DNA of 64,000 bases from an uncultured Prevotellaceae bacterium (GCA_947302275.1 CAMYUW010000010.1:8661-72660); one strand, 5' to 3'; shown: positions 40,766 through 51,387, counted from the first letter of the stretch. Program-made: numbers and translations. The notes: generated by a model not told the origin, from the letters alone.

Positions 40766-41638
40766 TTAACTGAATCCAGTCTGTTCACTATGGTATGCGA
40801 CAAGACCGGGCATGGAGCTGAGAAGGATTTTCCGCACCGTGGCACCGAAGTCGTTGGCCACCTCAAGCAGAATCTCACTATAAGTTGTCGCTATGGAGCC
40901 CACAAAACTTACGGGATAACTCTTATAGTCATATTGCGCCACGTTGCGCTCAAAGAACCGCCTGAACTCACCGACGATCAAGTCGTGAACATAGGGGTTG
41001 TCCAAGTGCTCGCTCAAGAAAAACGAGTATGCCCGCAGATTGCGTGTTGCCGCCGGATTGTTCAGTACGGCATCGAGCACCTCGGCACGTGTCACCTTGT
41101 ATTTATCAAAGAAGGCCTCAATTAAGACATGAGGCGCCAAACCCTTGAGCGCATCTCCCAGGAACACGCGTCCCAACGCAGCGCCACTGCCCTCATCACC
41201 CAAGATGAAGCCCAGAGCCGGCACATTCTTCACAATTTCTTTACCGTCATACAGGCACGAGTTGCTGCCTGTGCCCAAAATGCACGCCAAGCCCGGCTCA
41301 CGCACCAGCAGGCCACGCGCTGCACCCAGCAGGTCACTCATCACCGTCACCGGTGTCTTGAATTGAGCAACCAGCGAACCCTCTATGATTTTGTTCTTCT
41401 CAGGGCCAGAGCAGCCGGCACCATAGAAATACACATGGCTCCAACGGCGCTTGAAAAATTCCGGGGGCAACTCCAGGCGGATGCTGTGACTGATCTCACG
41501 ACGCGACATAAAAAACGGGTTCAAGCCCGACGTATATGCGTGCTCCAGCACTTCGCCATCCTCAACCAGCGACCACTCGGTGCGTGTAGTACTGCTCTCG
41601 GCAATAAGGGTAATATTTTGGCCTTTTAGAACTCCCAT
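40766..41638 (-). CDS. Second BadF-type amino-sugar kinase paralog
   Basis: YFYGAGC, GTGSNS and LGDEGSG motifs; altered N-terminal motif AESSTTRTEW. Confidence 0.85.
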   Translation of the reverse strand: MGVLKGQNITLIAESSTTRTEWSLVEDGEVLEHAYTSGLNPFFMSRREISHSIRLELPPEFFKRRWSHVYFYGAGCSGPEKNKIIEGSLVAQFKTPVTVMSDLLGAARGLLVREPGLACILGTGSNSCLYDGKEIVKNVPALGFILGDEGSGAALGRVFLGDALKGLAPHVLIEAFFDKYKVTRAEVLDAVLNNPAATRNLRAYSFFLSEHLDNPYVHDLIVGEFRRFFERNVAQYDYKSYPVSFVGSIATTYSEILLEVANDFGATVRKILLSSMPGLVAYHSEQTGFS

Positions 41639-41886
41639 CTCTGTTAATGGATATATATTTATGCTAATATTTTGTTAAAAACCAGATATAACTACTTTTA
41701 AGGCCACAAAATTACGGAAAAACCACCGCTATGCGACTCCAGATTGATGTTTTTCCCAAAATTTCATGAAAATTTAACACACAATCACATTAATTAACCA
41801 TCAATCTTCAATAACTGCCACCGCAACTATGCCATAATCCTACACTTAGCCTTTCAGTCCTAGTTGCAAAACATGACATATAAAGC

Positions 41887-41923
41887 GCTAAGCCACTAAG
41901 GAAAAGCACCTTAGTGGCTTAGC
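41887..41923 (-). terminator. hsp20 terminator
   Basis: Perfect 15-bp stem GCTAAGCCACTAAGG/CCTTAGTGGCTTAGC. Confidence 0.75.
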
Positions 41924-41946
41924 TGATTACCTGGAGAATCACTCCG

Positions 41947-42399
41947 TTATGCGATGTCAATCACACGATCCACCTTCTTCTCGGGCTCAGGTGCGAGCTT
42001 GGGCAGCTCGATGGACAGAATACCATCCTCAACCTTGGCGCTGATGTGCTCCTTGTCCACCTCATCGGGCAGGATGTAGGTCTGCTCATAGTTGGTGTAA
42101 GAGAACTCACGGCGGATGTAGTGGACTTTTTCGCACCCTTCCTTGCAAGGCTTGTCCTCATGCTCGGACTTGTTCTCAATCTTCACAACCAGGTTGCCCT
42201 CATTGTTGATGTTCACCTTGCAGAACTCCTTCTTGAGGCCAGGAGCAGCGACCTCCATAGTGAAGGCCTTATCGCTTTCCTTGACGTTGACGGCAGGAGC
42301 CGTGGTTACGTGGCGTGGAGTCCAATCCATATCAAACAGGTCATTAAATGCTGTGTCTAACCAGTTGTTGCGGTTGTTACGAATTACGGGAAAATACAT
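41947..42399 (-). CDS. Hsp20/alpha-crystallin small heat-shock protein
   Basis: PAVNVKE, APGLKKE, RREFSY and AKVEDGILSIELPK motifs; C-terminal IDI. Confidence 0.96.
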   Translation of the reverse strand: MYFPVIRNNRNNWLDTAFNDLFDMDWTPRHVTTAPAVNVKESDKAFTMEVAAPGLKKEFCKVNINNEGNLVVKIENKSEHEDKPCKEGCEKVHYIRREFSYTNYEQTYILPDEVDKEHISAKVEDGILSIELPKLAPEPEKKVDRVIDIA

Positions 42400-42499
42400 A
42401 ATCTTTACCTCCTATTTTTTGTTTTGTTGTTTGTTTATATTGTTTAAATTGTTTCTATTTCACCCGCCAGTCTTACGACCGGCTTGCACTACCCATAAC

Positions 42500-42514
42500 A
42501 CAAAACCGGTGCCA
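42500..42514 (-). promoter_or_regulatory. Candidate sigma-54 -24/-12 promoter
   Basis: TGGCAC-CGGTT-TTGT about 100 nt upstream of hsp20. Confidence 0.55.
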
Positions 42515-42630
42515 AAGCCGCAAAGTATAACTACTGTTAAATTTCAAAGACAGTCTGTCATGTTTTTAGCAAAATTTAAACAGGAAACTGCCAAAATGGC
42601 AGCTTCTTGCATATTTCATATCGATATACT

Positions 42631-42668
42631 AATAAACCGCGGGCTCGCTATCTGAAGCGAACCCACGG
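42631..42668 (-). terminator. Terminator after the 1660-aa gene
   Basis: CCGTGGGTTCGCT-loop-AGCGAGCCCGCGG followed by TTTATT. Confidence 0.7.
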
Positions 42669-42737
42669 CATTATACTGATATATCAGTGGAATCAAAACT
42701 CTATTTCAAGTCTTTTTCCATCTCAGCGAGCACACGA

Positions 42738-45700
42738 TCAACGAACAATCTTGGCCGTACTCGTCGAGCCATCGCTGTAACGGGTGATAACAATATTGAT
42801 GCCATCGAAGGGCTTATCAGACTGCAGACCCTGCGGATTGACATAAATCACACCCACCACTTCGTGCATGTAGCTCAATTCGGCAACAGCGGTCCAGGGA
42901 GAAGGAGTCTTAGAGCGCTCGGTAGCAGAGAACATCGGAATCTCTTCAGGCTCATCTTCAGTTCCGTCACCGTCTCTCAGCTTTTTGCTGCCAGGCTCCT
43001 CTGGCTCAGGATCAACTGCAGTGGACTCTTTGCCCACGGCCTTGAAATAGTAGCGGACATAAATCGTCAAGTCATCGGGATCAATGTTTGACAAGTTATT
43101 GTTATCGGTTCCCTTAATGATTTCATCCAGAGCGCCAAACATAATGTTGTTAGACCAGTCGTTTGAGTCCTTATTCTTGCTGAATGTTGCTCTACCGGGC
43201 TCGGGGAATGTCACATTGTTCGAGTTGCTGATATACTCGCTCCATACACACAAGGGACCAGTGTGGGTGCCATTGGGATCACCGTCAAGGTGACTTCCGG
43301 GTAGATTCTCGTCTTCACCTGCAGGAACTTCCCTATAGCCACGCAGCTTCCCGTTTTTGCTCTCTACAAATACACGGAACATATATGGCACGTATTCCAC
43401 ATTAGAAACTGTCTTACTCGGCAAGTATCCATCGGCCTGCAGACCATCCAGGATGTACAGGCTACACGGGTCATTACCATCAGTCCAGTTGGTAGAGCCA
43501 CTCAGGCCTTTCTGCCTCTCGGCTGTGACAGAAGCCAATTGAACTTCACCCTTACCGGTCTTCCAGATAGGAGCGCCATAGGTATTGTGCAAGGAATCAA
43601 CCTCATAGTAACGGCGGTTTTGACCCATGGTCATGACACTAGGCACGTAGGTCTTGTAACTGCCTACATTTGTAGGAACACTATCAAAATAATGGTGCTC
43701 ACCTGGTTTATACTTTTTACCATTGAGGGGTGATGGGCTCTTCATCTCCTCAAACTTGCCGTCAGAACGACGCTGCAACACGGTCAAGTAGTGCCTGTAA
43801 TCGGCAGGAATACTATCCACCTTACCTTGAATCGTGTTGTAGAACACTGCCGTGTTGGTCTTAGACAGGTTGAACTGCACGTCGGCAGTCAGCACGTCGG
43901 TCGGCATTCCATGAGTGAGACTATCGGTCACAAGCTGCGATTCGGTCAAGTAGCCGTTCACAACCGATTCGGTGTGCTGGACAGGGACTACAACTCGTCC
44001 ACTCTCTTGAGCGTCAGAATTGTTCGGCTCATACCTGAGCACATATCCATAGCGGCGCGGGTGATCGTTCGCAGATACATCTGCTGCAAACTGGTCAACG
44101 ATTGGCAGGTTACCAAGCCTTACCATACCAGCATTAGAGGTGCCACCCTGGCGTTTCACATAAACGTAAACGTTCGCCATGTCAGGTGAATATCCCTGCT
44201 GAACACCATTGTAGTTCACACTACCCTTAATGACAATCTGGTTGCCACTGCTCAATCCCGATTTCTCCCAAGTACAGATTGCACCTGCAGTACAGTTGAC
44301 CTGTTCGCCATTGAACGTGAAGTAACCGTTGCCATAATCACTGTTAGGAACACCAATCTTCACTACAAAGGTCTCATTGCTGTAGCCCTGAGGAATCGTG
44401 AATGTGAGATTACCATTATTAGTATCATTGGTATAGGCAATATAAGCATAATCCCCAAACAGATAGAAGTAGTTTGAACTCCAGGGCGAAGACAATACGA
44501 TAGTAGTACCGGCATCCGTATCTTCTCCACCGGGCGTAAAGTTAGTGACGAAATCCAGATGATCAACTTCAGTATTGGTATAGCTGACTGTACTGGTCGT
44601 TTCTACTCTCTCCCATACGTAATCCTTTGGATTAGTATTGGCAATCGTCTTACTGATGTCATTGACCAAAACCTTAGAGATCGACGAGCCATCACCATAG
44701 GCATTGATGGTTACCGTCAGGTTACTATAATTTGATAATAAGCTCGCAGGGATAACGATGTAACCGCCACCTTCAAGATAATAGCCTTCACCATACTGCT
44801 CCCACTTGCACCCCGGCGATAGGCGCCATGTGCGCGGCAGAGTATTGGCCTGGGTTTGAGTGCTACCCGTAACAGGCCAACGGGTAATCGTCGTATTGCC
44901 CGATTGAACAATGATGGATTTAAAGTTCACATTAAGGCCATTAGGTTGGATAACGATGTCGCCATTGCCCTTGACGCTCAACGATCCTGTATCGGGAATT
45001 CCCATTATCTCACGACGATATACATTGGTCTTGTTGATCTTAGGAAGGTTATAATTTCGGATTTCCTGATTATTAGTGACATAATCCACACTATAATGAA
45101 CCGATTTAGCATTGGTACCGACCGGATCAAAAGTCAGCGTAGCCACCTTTTTCACAGAAGTCTCAGGCTTATAGAAATCATAACGATACAGATTGAACAC
45201 CCTCTCGCCAGCATTGATACGGGATGTAGTCAAGGCATTCATGTCATTATCGTTGGATACCGTCAGGAAATTACGGTAGTAGTTCTTCTCCTGATTGATC
45301 ACAAAATCACTCTCGTAGTGGTCAAGGCCAAGAGCCAGGAAGTCCTTATAGCCGGGGATGATCACTTGATCCTGATTACTCCATGCAATAAACGAGGGAT
45401 GATCGTTGTCAGTGGGAGAGCCCTTAATGATATAGGTATGAGGAACACTATAGGACTGCTGTTCAAATGGCTCCGGGAAGTGATATTCCGTCACATTTTG
45501 CACAGTTGCTATATACTCATAATCCTCATTGCCATTTTCATCATATACAACCTCGTAAATTATATAGGTCTGCGGCACGTCGTGGCCCGACATCTCGTTC
45601 AACGACGAACTCCAGTCGAGATTGACATCATAGTACCTGTTATCTGGCTCACTATAACCGCTAACAGGCTCAGCCGAGGCCTCAAGGGTAATCCTGTAGA

Positions 45701-47720
45701 TACCCACCTTGGGAGGATTCTGTTTAATATAATTGCCATAGTTGGCAACGAAGTTGGAGGCTCTACTATACGATGCACCAGTATTATCCTTGTAGGGATT
45801 TAAGGTGCGGCCATCAACGGTATAGGTGTCCATCGAGCCATTAGTATATTTAATAGTATCCCCAGTCTCCCAATATTTCAGACGATAATCGGGAATAAAG
45901 AAGTTCAGACCCGACATCGCGTAATGTGTCGTACCCGTATGGCCCGACATCGAGAACTCATGTGCATTCTCTATTACCGAAGCGCAGTCATGGACCACAT
46001 CATAGGTATGGCCTTCCATCATTTCGCTATAGAAATCGGTAATATCATCACCAAGCATACCACCCGTGGGACTAAACTGCTCAAACATATTCTTAAACGG
46101 AACACGTTCACCCAACTCATAGCCGAAACGTTGCTGTCGAACGAGGACGGCATCATCTTTCTTGCGAGCTTGTCCTTTACCCAGCATAAAGAAACGGTTG
46201 TAAGTGCCGTCGATATTGAACACAGTACCAGTTTCCTCGGTATCATTTCCATTACGGTCTTTACCGATGCGCATACCGTCAGTCATCAGCTTTATGTAAG
46301 AGACATTATTCGCCAAGTAATCGATGATATCTGATTTCGAATTAAAGTAATTATGGAAATTGGTTGCATCATTTTCAGCAAAAGCTCTAGGCGCAGTTTG
46401 AAGTGTATCTTTAAGCGCTACCATCAATCCCGTGTAACCCTCCACATTTGGCTTATAGGCATAGGGATTATTTAGAGGAATCTGAACTGTTTTGCTCACC
46501 GTCCATGTATGAGTTTCCAATTCATCTTCGGCTGCGACTTGTTGACTTTCGCCATTTACAGATAAAGTGCCATAATAACGCGATGAAGAGTCATAGGCTA
46601 AGATCTCTACTTCAACACTTTCATATAATCCATCGAACAGATAGCCTTTAATGGTTAAAGTTTGATCGTCATCAAAATACATGTACCCATTGCTTGCATA
46701 ACTCGGGTTGGAATCAAATTGCCAACCAGCAGGCAATGAACTGCTATTGATGTTCCAACCTGTGATGTTCTCACTTCCTGACTTAACCACAATTTGACCA
46801 ATCCTTGAATAGGTGTTCGCATTTATAGTGATGTCACCTACTGTCTGAAAAGTTTTGGAGCTAACTGAACCTGATTCCCATGCATAGTCCGTAAAGGTGT
46901 TTGTTAATGTTTTAGATTCACCATTAACCGTCAGCGTGTAATCGCTTGTCCCACTGTCTAGAGCACCATTGATGACAATACGAACATAGGTAGCATTCCC
47001 TAATACACCGGATGAGATTGTAAGAATACCACCACCATAGGAACCGTAAGTCATATAATAACTGCCATCACCATTGGATGCGAAATGACATGTTTCCTCA
47101 TTACTATTGGTGTCAAAAGTCCAACCAGAAGGAACAGAAGTCCCATTTGAGGTACCTACCCATTGAGTCAGCGGACTACCAGATTCATTATAAACATAAA
47201 TGGATTTTATGCCGACATAACCATTTTGTGCTTTAATCACGATATCGCCAACAGGCTTGCGGGCTTTGTCGGGAATATTCCAACCGCCAGCTACAGCGCC
47301 ATAGTAAACAGGATCTTCACGCACGCCATCGCTTGTGTAAGCACTGTAGAACGGGCCAGGGAAAGCCGGATTCATATATACGAATCTCAACAGTTCGTAC
47401 ATCTGCTCGGCCTTGGTTGCCACATCAGTGGCCTTACTGGTCACAGAATCATTTTTCTCGGCTGACCACCACTTGTATGTCAACAGGTCAGCTTCGGCTG
47501 CAGTCAGTGATTTCATTTTCTCATTGTCCGCACGAAGGGGAGCTTTCAACATCTTCTTCGACCTCACGGCATTGGCAGGTGTGCCATTGGAGGCTCCGAC
47601 ATTCTTGAAAGCATAACGCGAAACGGCAGATTCAGGCAGAGCCTGTGCCGTAGCCATGTTGTTCCATCCTGCTGCAAAGAGCATGACGAACAGTAATGCT
47701 GTAATTTTAATTCTAACCAT
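42738..47720 (-). CDS. Large secreted modular protein with a T9SS-type C-terminal domain, function unknown
   Basis: Signal peptide; three or four ~125-aa repeated modules; CTD YVNPQGLQSDKPFDGINIVITRYSDGSTSTAKIVR. Confidence 0.85.
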   Translation of the reverse strand: MVRIKITALLFVMLFAAGWNNMATAQALPESAVSRYAFKNVGASNGTPANAVRSKKMLKAPLRADNEKMKSLTAAEADLLTYKWWSAEKNDSVTSKATDVATKAEQMYELLRFVYMNPAFPGPFYSAYTSDGVREDPVYYGAVAGGWNIPDKARKPVGDIVIKAQNGYVGIKSIYVYNESGSPLTQWVGTSNGTSVPSGWTFDTNSNEETCHFASNGDGSYYMTYGSYGGGILTISSGVLGNATYVRIVINGALDSGTSDYTLTVNGESKTLTNTFTDYAWESGSVSSKTFQTVGDITINANTYSRIGQIVVKSGSENITGWNINSSSLPAGWQFDSNPSYASNGYMYFDDDQTLTIKGYLFDGLYESVEVEILAYDSSSRYYGTLSVNGESQQVAAEDELETHTWTVSKTVQIPLNNPYAYKPNVEGYTGLMVALKDTLQTAPRAFAENDATNFHNYFNSKSDIIDYLANNVSYIKLMTDGMRIGKDRNGNDTEETGTVFNIDGTYNRFFMLGKGQARKKDDAVLVRQQRFGYELGERVPFKNMFEQFSPTGGMLGDDITDFYSEMMEGHTYDVVHDCASVIENAHEFSMSGHTGTTHYAMSGLNFFIPDYRLKYWETGDTIKYTNGSMDTYTVDGRTLNPYKDNTGASYSRASNFVANYGNYIKQNPPKVGIYRITLEASAEPVSGYSEPDNRYYDVNLDWSSSLNEMSGHDVPQTYIIYEVVYDENGNEDYEYIATVQNVTEYHFPEPFEQQSYSVPHTYIIKGSPTDNDHPSFIAWSNQDQVIIPGYKDFLALGLDHYESDFVINQEKNYYRNFLTVSNDNDMNALTTSRINAGERVFNLYRYDFYKPETSVKKVATLTFDPVGTNAKSVHYSVDYVTNNQEIRNYNLPKINKTNVYRREIMGIPDTGSLSVKGNGDIVIQPNGLNVNFKSIIVQSGNTTITRWPVTGSTQTQANTLPRTWRLSPGCKWEQYGEGYYLEGGGYIVIPASLLSNYSNLTVTINAYGDGSSISKVLVNDISKTIANTNPKDYVWERVETTSTVSYTNTEVDHLDFVTNFTPGGEDTDAGTTIVLSSPWSSNYFYLFGDYAYIAYTNDTNNGNLTFTIPQGYSNETFVVKIGVPNSDYGNGYFTFNGEQVNCTAGAICTWEKSGLSSGNQIVIKGSVNYNGVQQGYSPDMANVYVYVKRQGGTSNAGMVRLGNLPIVDQFAADVSANDHPRRYGYVLRYEPNNSDAQESGRVVVPVQHTESVVNGYLTESQLVTDSLTHGMPTDVLTADVQFNLSKTNTAVFYNTIQGKVDSIPADYRHYLTVLQRRSDGKFEEMKSPSPLNGKKYKPGEHHYFDSVPTNVGSYKTYVPSVMTMGQNRRYYEVDSLHNTYGAPIWKTGKGEVQLASVTAERQKGLSGSTNWTDGNDPCSLYILDGLQADGYLPSKTVSNVEYVPYMFRVFVESKNGKLRGYREVPAGEDENLPGSHLDGDPNGTHTGPLCVWSEYISNSNNVTFPEPGRATFSKNKDSNDWSNNIMFGALDEIIKGTDNNNLSNIDPDDLTIYVRYYFKAVGKESTAVDPEPEEPGSKKLRDGDGTEDEPEEIPMFSATERSKTPSPWTAVAELSYMHEVVGVIYVNPQGLQSDKPFDGINIVITRYSDGSTSTAKIVR

Positions 47721-48012
47721 AATCCAAAAAAGTTTTTATTATAATGTTAGTATTCTATCGGCCTCAAAATCATAACTTAAGGAATGTATCACAGGTTTAT
47801 AAGCTGATCCTTAGCTAAAACAAATATCAGAAGCTCAAATTAATAGTTAAATCATTTGTTCATCTGTTATTTACATTCATCATCAGTCTTTTCCCCAAAT
47901 TATGAAAGGCTTCTTTCCCAAAAACGCTCACAAAAATACACAATAGCATTTATTACAAATAACAATATAAGTTAAACTTCGTTAACAGCTAACTGGCGCA
48001 AAATTATATCAC

Positions 48013-48047
48013 AAAAAAAGTAGAGGCGCAAGGTTTTGCGCCCCCAC
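48013..48047 (-). terminator. Terminator after the amidase operon
   Basis: GTGGGGGCGCAA...TTGCGCCTCTAC followed by T7 on the minus strand. Confidence 0.7.
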
Positions 48048-48084
48048 AATTAAGTCCTTATCACTAAAGACGATAACCTAATAG

Positions 48085-50481
48085 CTAAAGCCTAATCTTC
48101 TCTGTTGCGGTGCTGCCGTTGATGTGAACGTGGACGATATAGATGCCAGGATCAACGCCAGCCACGTTCAAGCAATTGCCACCAGCGGCCTTGATGTGAC
48201 GACCATTGACATCCAGCAGTTCCACTCCCTGCACCCATGTATCGGCACTCACGACGATATAATCGCCGTTAACGGCCAGCTGCATGTTGGCCAGGCGTGC
48301 TTCGTTAATGCCGCTGGACTCGCCACGTAGCATATTATCCAGCTTAATCGTCCCTGTCTTGCCCATCAATTCATGAGCCCGGCTCAACTTGAAACCCGAG
48401 AAGCCATAATCATGGTCTGGACTCAGTGCATCGAGGGCTACAGACACGTAACGCCAGCCGTGGAAGTCAATCAGGCACAAAGGCACAACTACCTTGTCGG
48501 AGCCATTAGCAAAGCAGGCCGACAACTGGTTATAACCCATATCGCCACACACATGAATGCCAAGAGTATCACCCTTAGTAAAACGCTGAGGCCATGCGCC
48601 ATCAAGACGGGCCACAAAGAATTTGGAACCGTCGGCAAAGTCATAGGCCATTTGCAACGATTTGCTACCGAAGAGACGGTCGGTGGACGTTGTCAACGTC
48701 ATCGTAGCTTGCTCTTCAAGGAAATCTTCAATTGCATAATCATTGGCATCTTCAAAGCCCTCCACCAATTCCATGCCAGGCTTACCGGCACCAGCGTCAA
48801 CACCCGTAAAGTTAATTACGCGCGCGGCGGGCAGGTGGATGCCGGCAGTATCGGCGATATCGACATCGAGGATAAGGTGATAATCCTTGCCAGGCTCAAT
48901 GTCCTTGGTGAGCGGGATGCGAACGAAGCCGTAGTCGTCACCATTCTTGTTGTACTTGATGCTGCGCTTGTTCCAGGACAGTTCGTTACCCTCGCTGTCA
49001 AGGACACGCAAGCGGTTGAACAGGTTATAGGTATCCAACAGCGAGTCTACACGCAGTTCTACAGTCGGCTTGGTGTAGTGCACCTGAGCACCCTCGTAGG
49101 GGAATACGGCTAGCTCGTTCAGGTGGTTGCGGGGTTGTGTACAGAACTGCACCGTGAAGTCCTCCTCCATCGGAGTGCCACCACCATGCTCGGCGCTCTT
49201 ACCTAGCGTGAGAGTGTATAGGGTGTTCACATCAAATGCGTCAACCGGGGTGAAAATCAGGCGGTAGTAGGAATCTTCCCAGCGGAAGGTACCCTCCACA
49301 GGCGGGTCGAGGCGGAAGGCGCCACACGTCGTCACGCTGTCCATGTCCCAGTTGAAAGCGAGCACAATGCGCTCGCTACATTTCACGGCGGGATCACCCT
49401 CTTGCCACACAGGGCTGTATTCAACCACCACGGGAGGCGTGTCGCGCACGCGCTTGAGGTAGAAGTTCTGGTAGGTTGCCGCATTAGCGCTCACGATGAC
49501 ATCGGCCGTCTGTGAGAAATGCGACGGTTCACTTACCTCGACGGTATAAGTTCCTGGCACAACATATTTAAAGGTGTAGATGCCATTGCGCAGAGTGTCG
49601 GTCATGGTGCGCTGCACCTCGTTGCCGTTTTGGTCAAGCAAACGCACTGTGGCGTTGTGGATGGGCATCAGGTTGTCATCGCCGTAAACGATAAACGGTT
49701 GGGGATTCTCCTGCAGACGCTTGATGCGGTCGTCACGCACGTTGCCCGAGATGACGCCCAGATCATACTGATCCAGACGGTCGAAATACTTGTCGGCACC
49801 CAGCGAAATGTTCCATCCCTCCATCCAGCAGTACTGCAGTCCCAGCAGGCGGTAAGCCTCAGGGATATAGTCGTGGAACGAACCCTCACTCAGGTTGGCC
49901 ACGGCACGGTTACCACGCAGCACGCCATAGCCCTGCGTGCCCCACTCGGGGCGGAACGACCAGTCTCCCCAAATCTGGTAATTGTGGGTCCAAACAGTCG
50001 TCTGGCTTGCATACAGGTAGGGTTCCAGGTCGGCAGCCAGCACGTCGGCATTGGCCACTTGGGGAGAGCCCGTGTAGCCACGGTAGAACACCATCGGGAA
50101 GTTGTTTACAGCACTGGTGCCCGTGGCGTTGCTGTGGATGGAATAAAACACATCAGCACCGCTCTGGTTGCACAGGGCGACGATGGTCGAGAGTGCCAGA
50201 TCGTCGGCAGTGGTATTGGTCACACGCGAGATACTGGTCTTATAGCCTTTCTTTTGCAGGATTTCACGCAGGGCAAGACCCTTGCGCAGGTTGGACTTGC
50301 TCTCCCATGATCCGGCACTGTCACCTTGGGTAAATGGGTAAATGACCATGTTGCGGTCATCACTGTCATAGCCGCCGTGACCCGGATTGATATACACGTG
50401 AGGCTGCTGCGCTGTTGCTACATTCACGGCAAGAACCGCCAGCAACATTGTCATCATCGATTGGAGTAATAACTTTTTCAT
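48085..50481 (-). CDS. N-acetylmuramoyl-L-alanine amidase (Amidase_3) with carboxypeptidase-regulatory-like, Ig-like (Big_5) and CBM-like domains and a T9SS CTD
   Basis: NPGHGG, WES, SIHSNA and LSEGSFH motifs; DTPPVVVEYSP/FNWDMD Big_5 pattern; GIYIV...TEKIRL CTD. Confidence 0.9.
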   Translation of the reverse strand: MKKLLLQSMMTMLLAVLAVNVATAQQPHVYINPGHGGYDSDDRNMVIYPFTQGDSAGSWESKSNLRKGLALREILQKKGYKTSISRVTNTTADDLALSTIVALCNQSGADVFYSIHSNATGTSAVNNFPMVFYRGYTGSPQVANADVLAADLEPYLYASQTTVWTHNYQIWGDWSFRPEWGTQGYGVLRGNRAVANLSEGSFHDYIPEAYRLLGLQYCWMEGWNISLGADKYFDRLDQYDLGVISGNVRDDRIKRLQENPQPFIVYGDDNLMPIHNATVRLLDQNGNEVQRTMTDTLRNGIYTFKYVVPGTYTVEVSEPSHFSQTADVIVSANAATYQNFYLKRVRDTPPVVVEYSPVWQEGDPAVKCSERIVLAFNWDMDSVTTCGAFRLDPPVEGTFRWEDSYYRLIFTPVDAFDVNTLYTLTLGKSAEHGGGTPMEEDFTVQFCTQPRNHLNELAVFPYEGAQVHYTKPTVELRVDSLLDTYNLFNRLRVLDSEGNELSWNKRSIKYNKNGDDYGFVRIPLTKDIEPGKDYHLILDVDIADTAGIHLPAARVINFTGVDAGAGKPGMELVEGFEDANDYAIEDFLEEQATMTLTTSTDRLFGSKSLQMAYDFADGSKFFVARLDGAWPQRFTKGDTLGIHVCGDMGYNQLSACFANGSDKVVVPLCLIDFHGWRYVSVALDALSPDHDYGFSGFKLSRAHELMGKTGTIKLDNMLRGESSGINEARLANMQLAVNGDYIVVSADTWVQGVELLDVNGRHIKAAGGNCLNVAGVDPGIYIVHVHINGSTATEKIRL

Positions 50482-50496
50482 GACGTTGTAACGGTT

Positions 50497-51387
50497 TTAC
50501 TGGTAAATGTTGATTTTCATTTCATACAGCAGGCCGTCGATGGTCGTATAGACAATCCGCCCGCCACCACAAGTGGGTTGCATCGCCATCGATGCGGATT
50601 TGGTCAATTCTGTCTGCCATGTGCCATCGGACTTGAGCAGCACAATCTGTGATGAGGTGAACTGGTGGCCGTCATCCTTGGCGTTCTGCGCCACAATATA
50701 CTCATTATTGTACCAGCAGGGCATTTCATAATTGCCGAGCATTGCAGTCACCTGACCTCGCAAGTCAATCACCACAATGCCCTTGCCTGCGGCAAAAAAT
50801 GCCAAACGCTTGCCGTCGGGCGACAGCGAAGCCCACAGGTATCCTGCCCACGAATCCACAGGGCTGAATACGCGCTCCTCACCACCCACGGTAACGTGGA
50901 CACGACTGCCCTCGGTCCATGCAGCGCTACCGATGTCAATGCCCGAGTTATAATTGCGTACCGGGGATTTCAATGCGCCGCCACGGGTAGCAGGCACGGC
51001 GCGAACGGCACCATGCTGTTCTTCGACAAGTTGAGTGGACTGACGTGTAGCAACATCATAACTCCGCCCCGTGCGATATACCAGATGGTCCTCCCCTACC
51101 CGCTGGGTGACAAAATACACCTTTCCGTCACCGCCCCAGCAGGCATCGTTACCGGCTACATAGCCATCAGCCACCAGAACCGTGACATTATCGGTCATGT
51201 CATACATTTTTAATGCGCCGTCCTCGGTTGAGAACAGCAGGCGATTGCCTTCCTGATTGAGTACGGGATAGTAGGCTGGTCCCTCGACACCCTCAAGCAG
51301 GCGCCGCTGCGAGATTACCTCCACCTCCTGACCCATCGCCGGCAGCAAAGCAGCTACCGCCAGCATCATCAACATCATTTTTTTCAT
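50497..51387 (-). CDS. Secreted TolB-like beta-propeller protein
   Basis: Signal peptide; WASLSPDGKRLAF PD40-like blades; no T9SS CTD. Confidence 0.8.
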   Translation of the reverse strand: MKKMMLMMLAVAALLPAMGQEVEVISQRRLLEGVEGPAYYPVLNQEGNRLLFSTEDGALKMYDMTDNVTVLVADGYVAGNDACWGGDGKVYFVTQRVGEDHLVYRTGRSYDVATRQSTQLVEEQHGAVRAVPATRGGALKSPVRNYNSGIDIGSAAWTEGSRVHVTVGGEERVFSPVDSWAGYLWASLSPDGKRLAFFAAGKGIVVIDLRGQVTAMLGNYEMPCWYNNEYIVAQNAKDDGHQFTSSQIVLLKSDGTWQTELTKSASMAMQPTCGGGRIVYTTIDGLLYEMKINIYQ

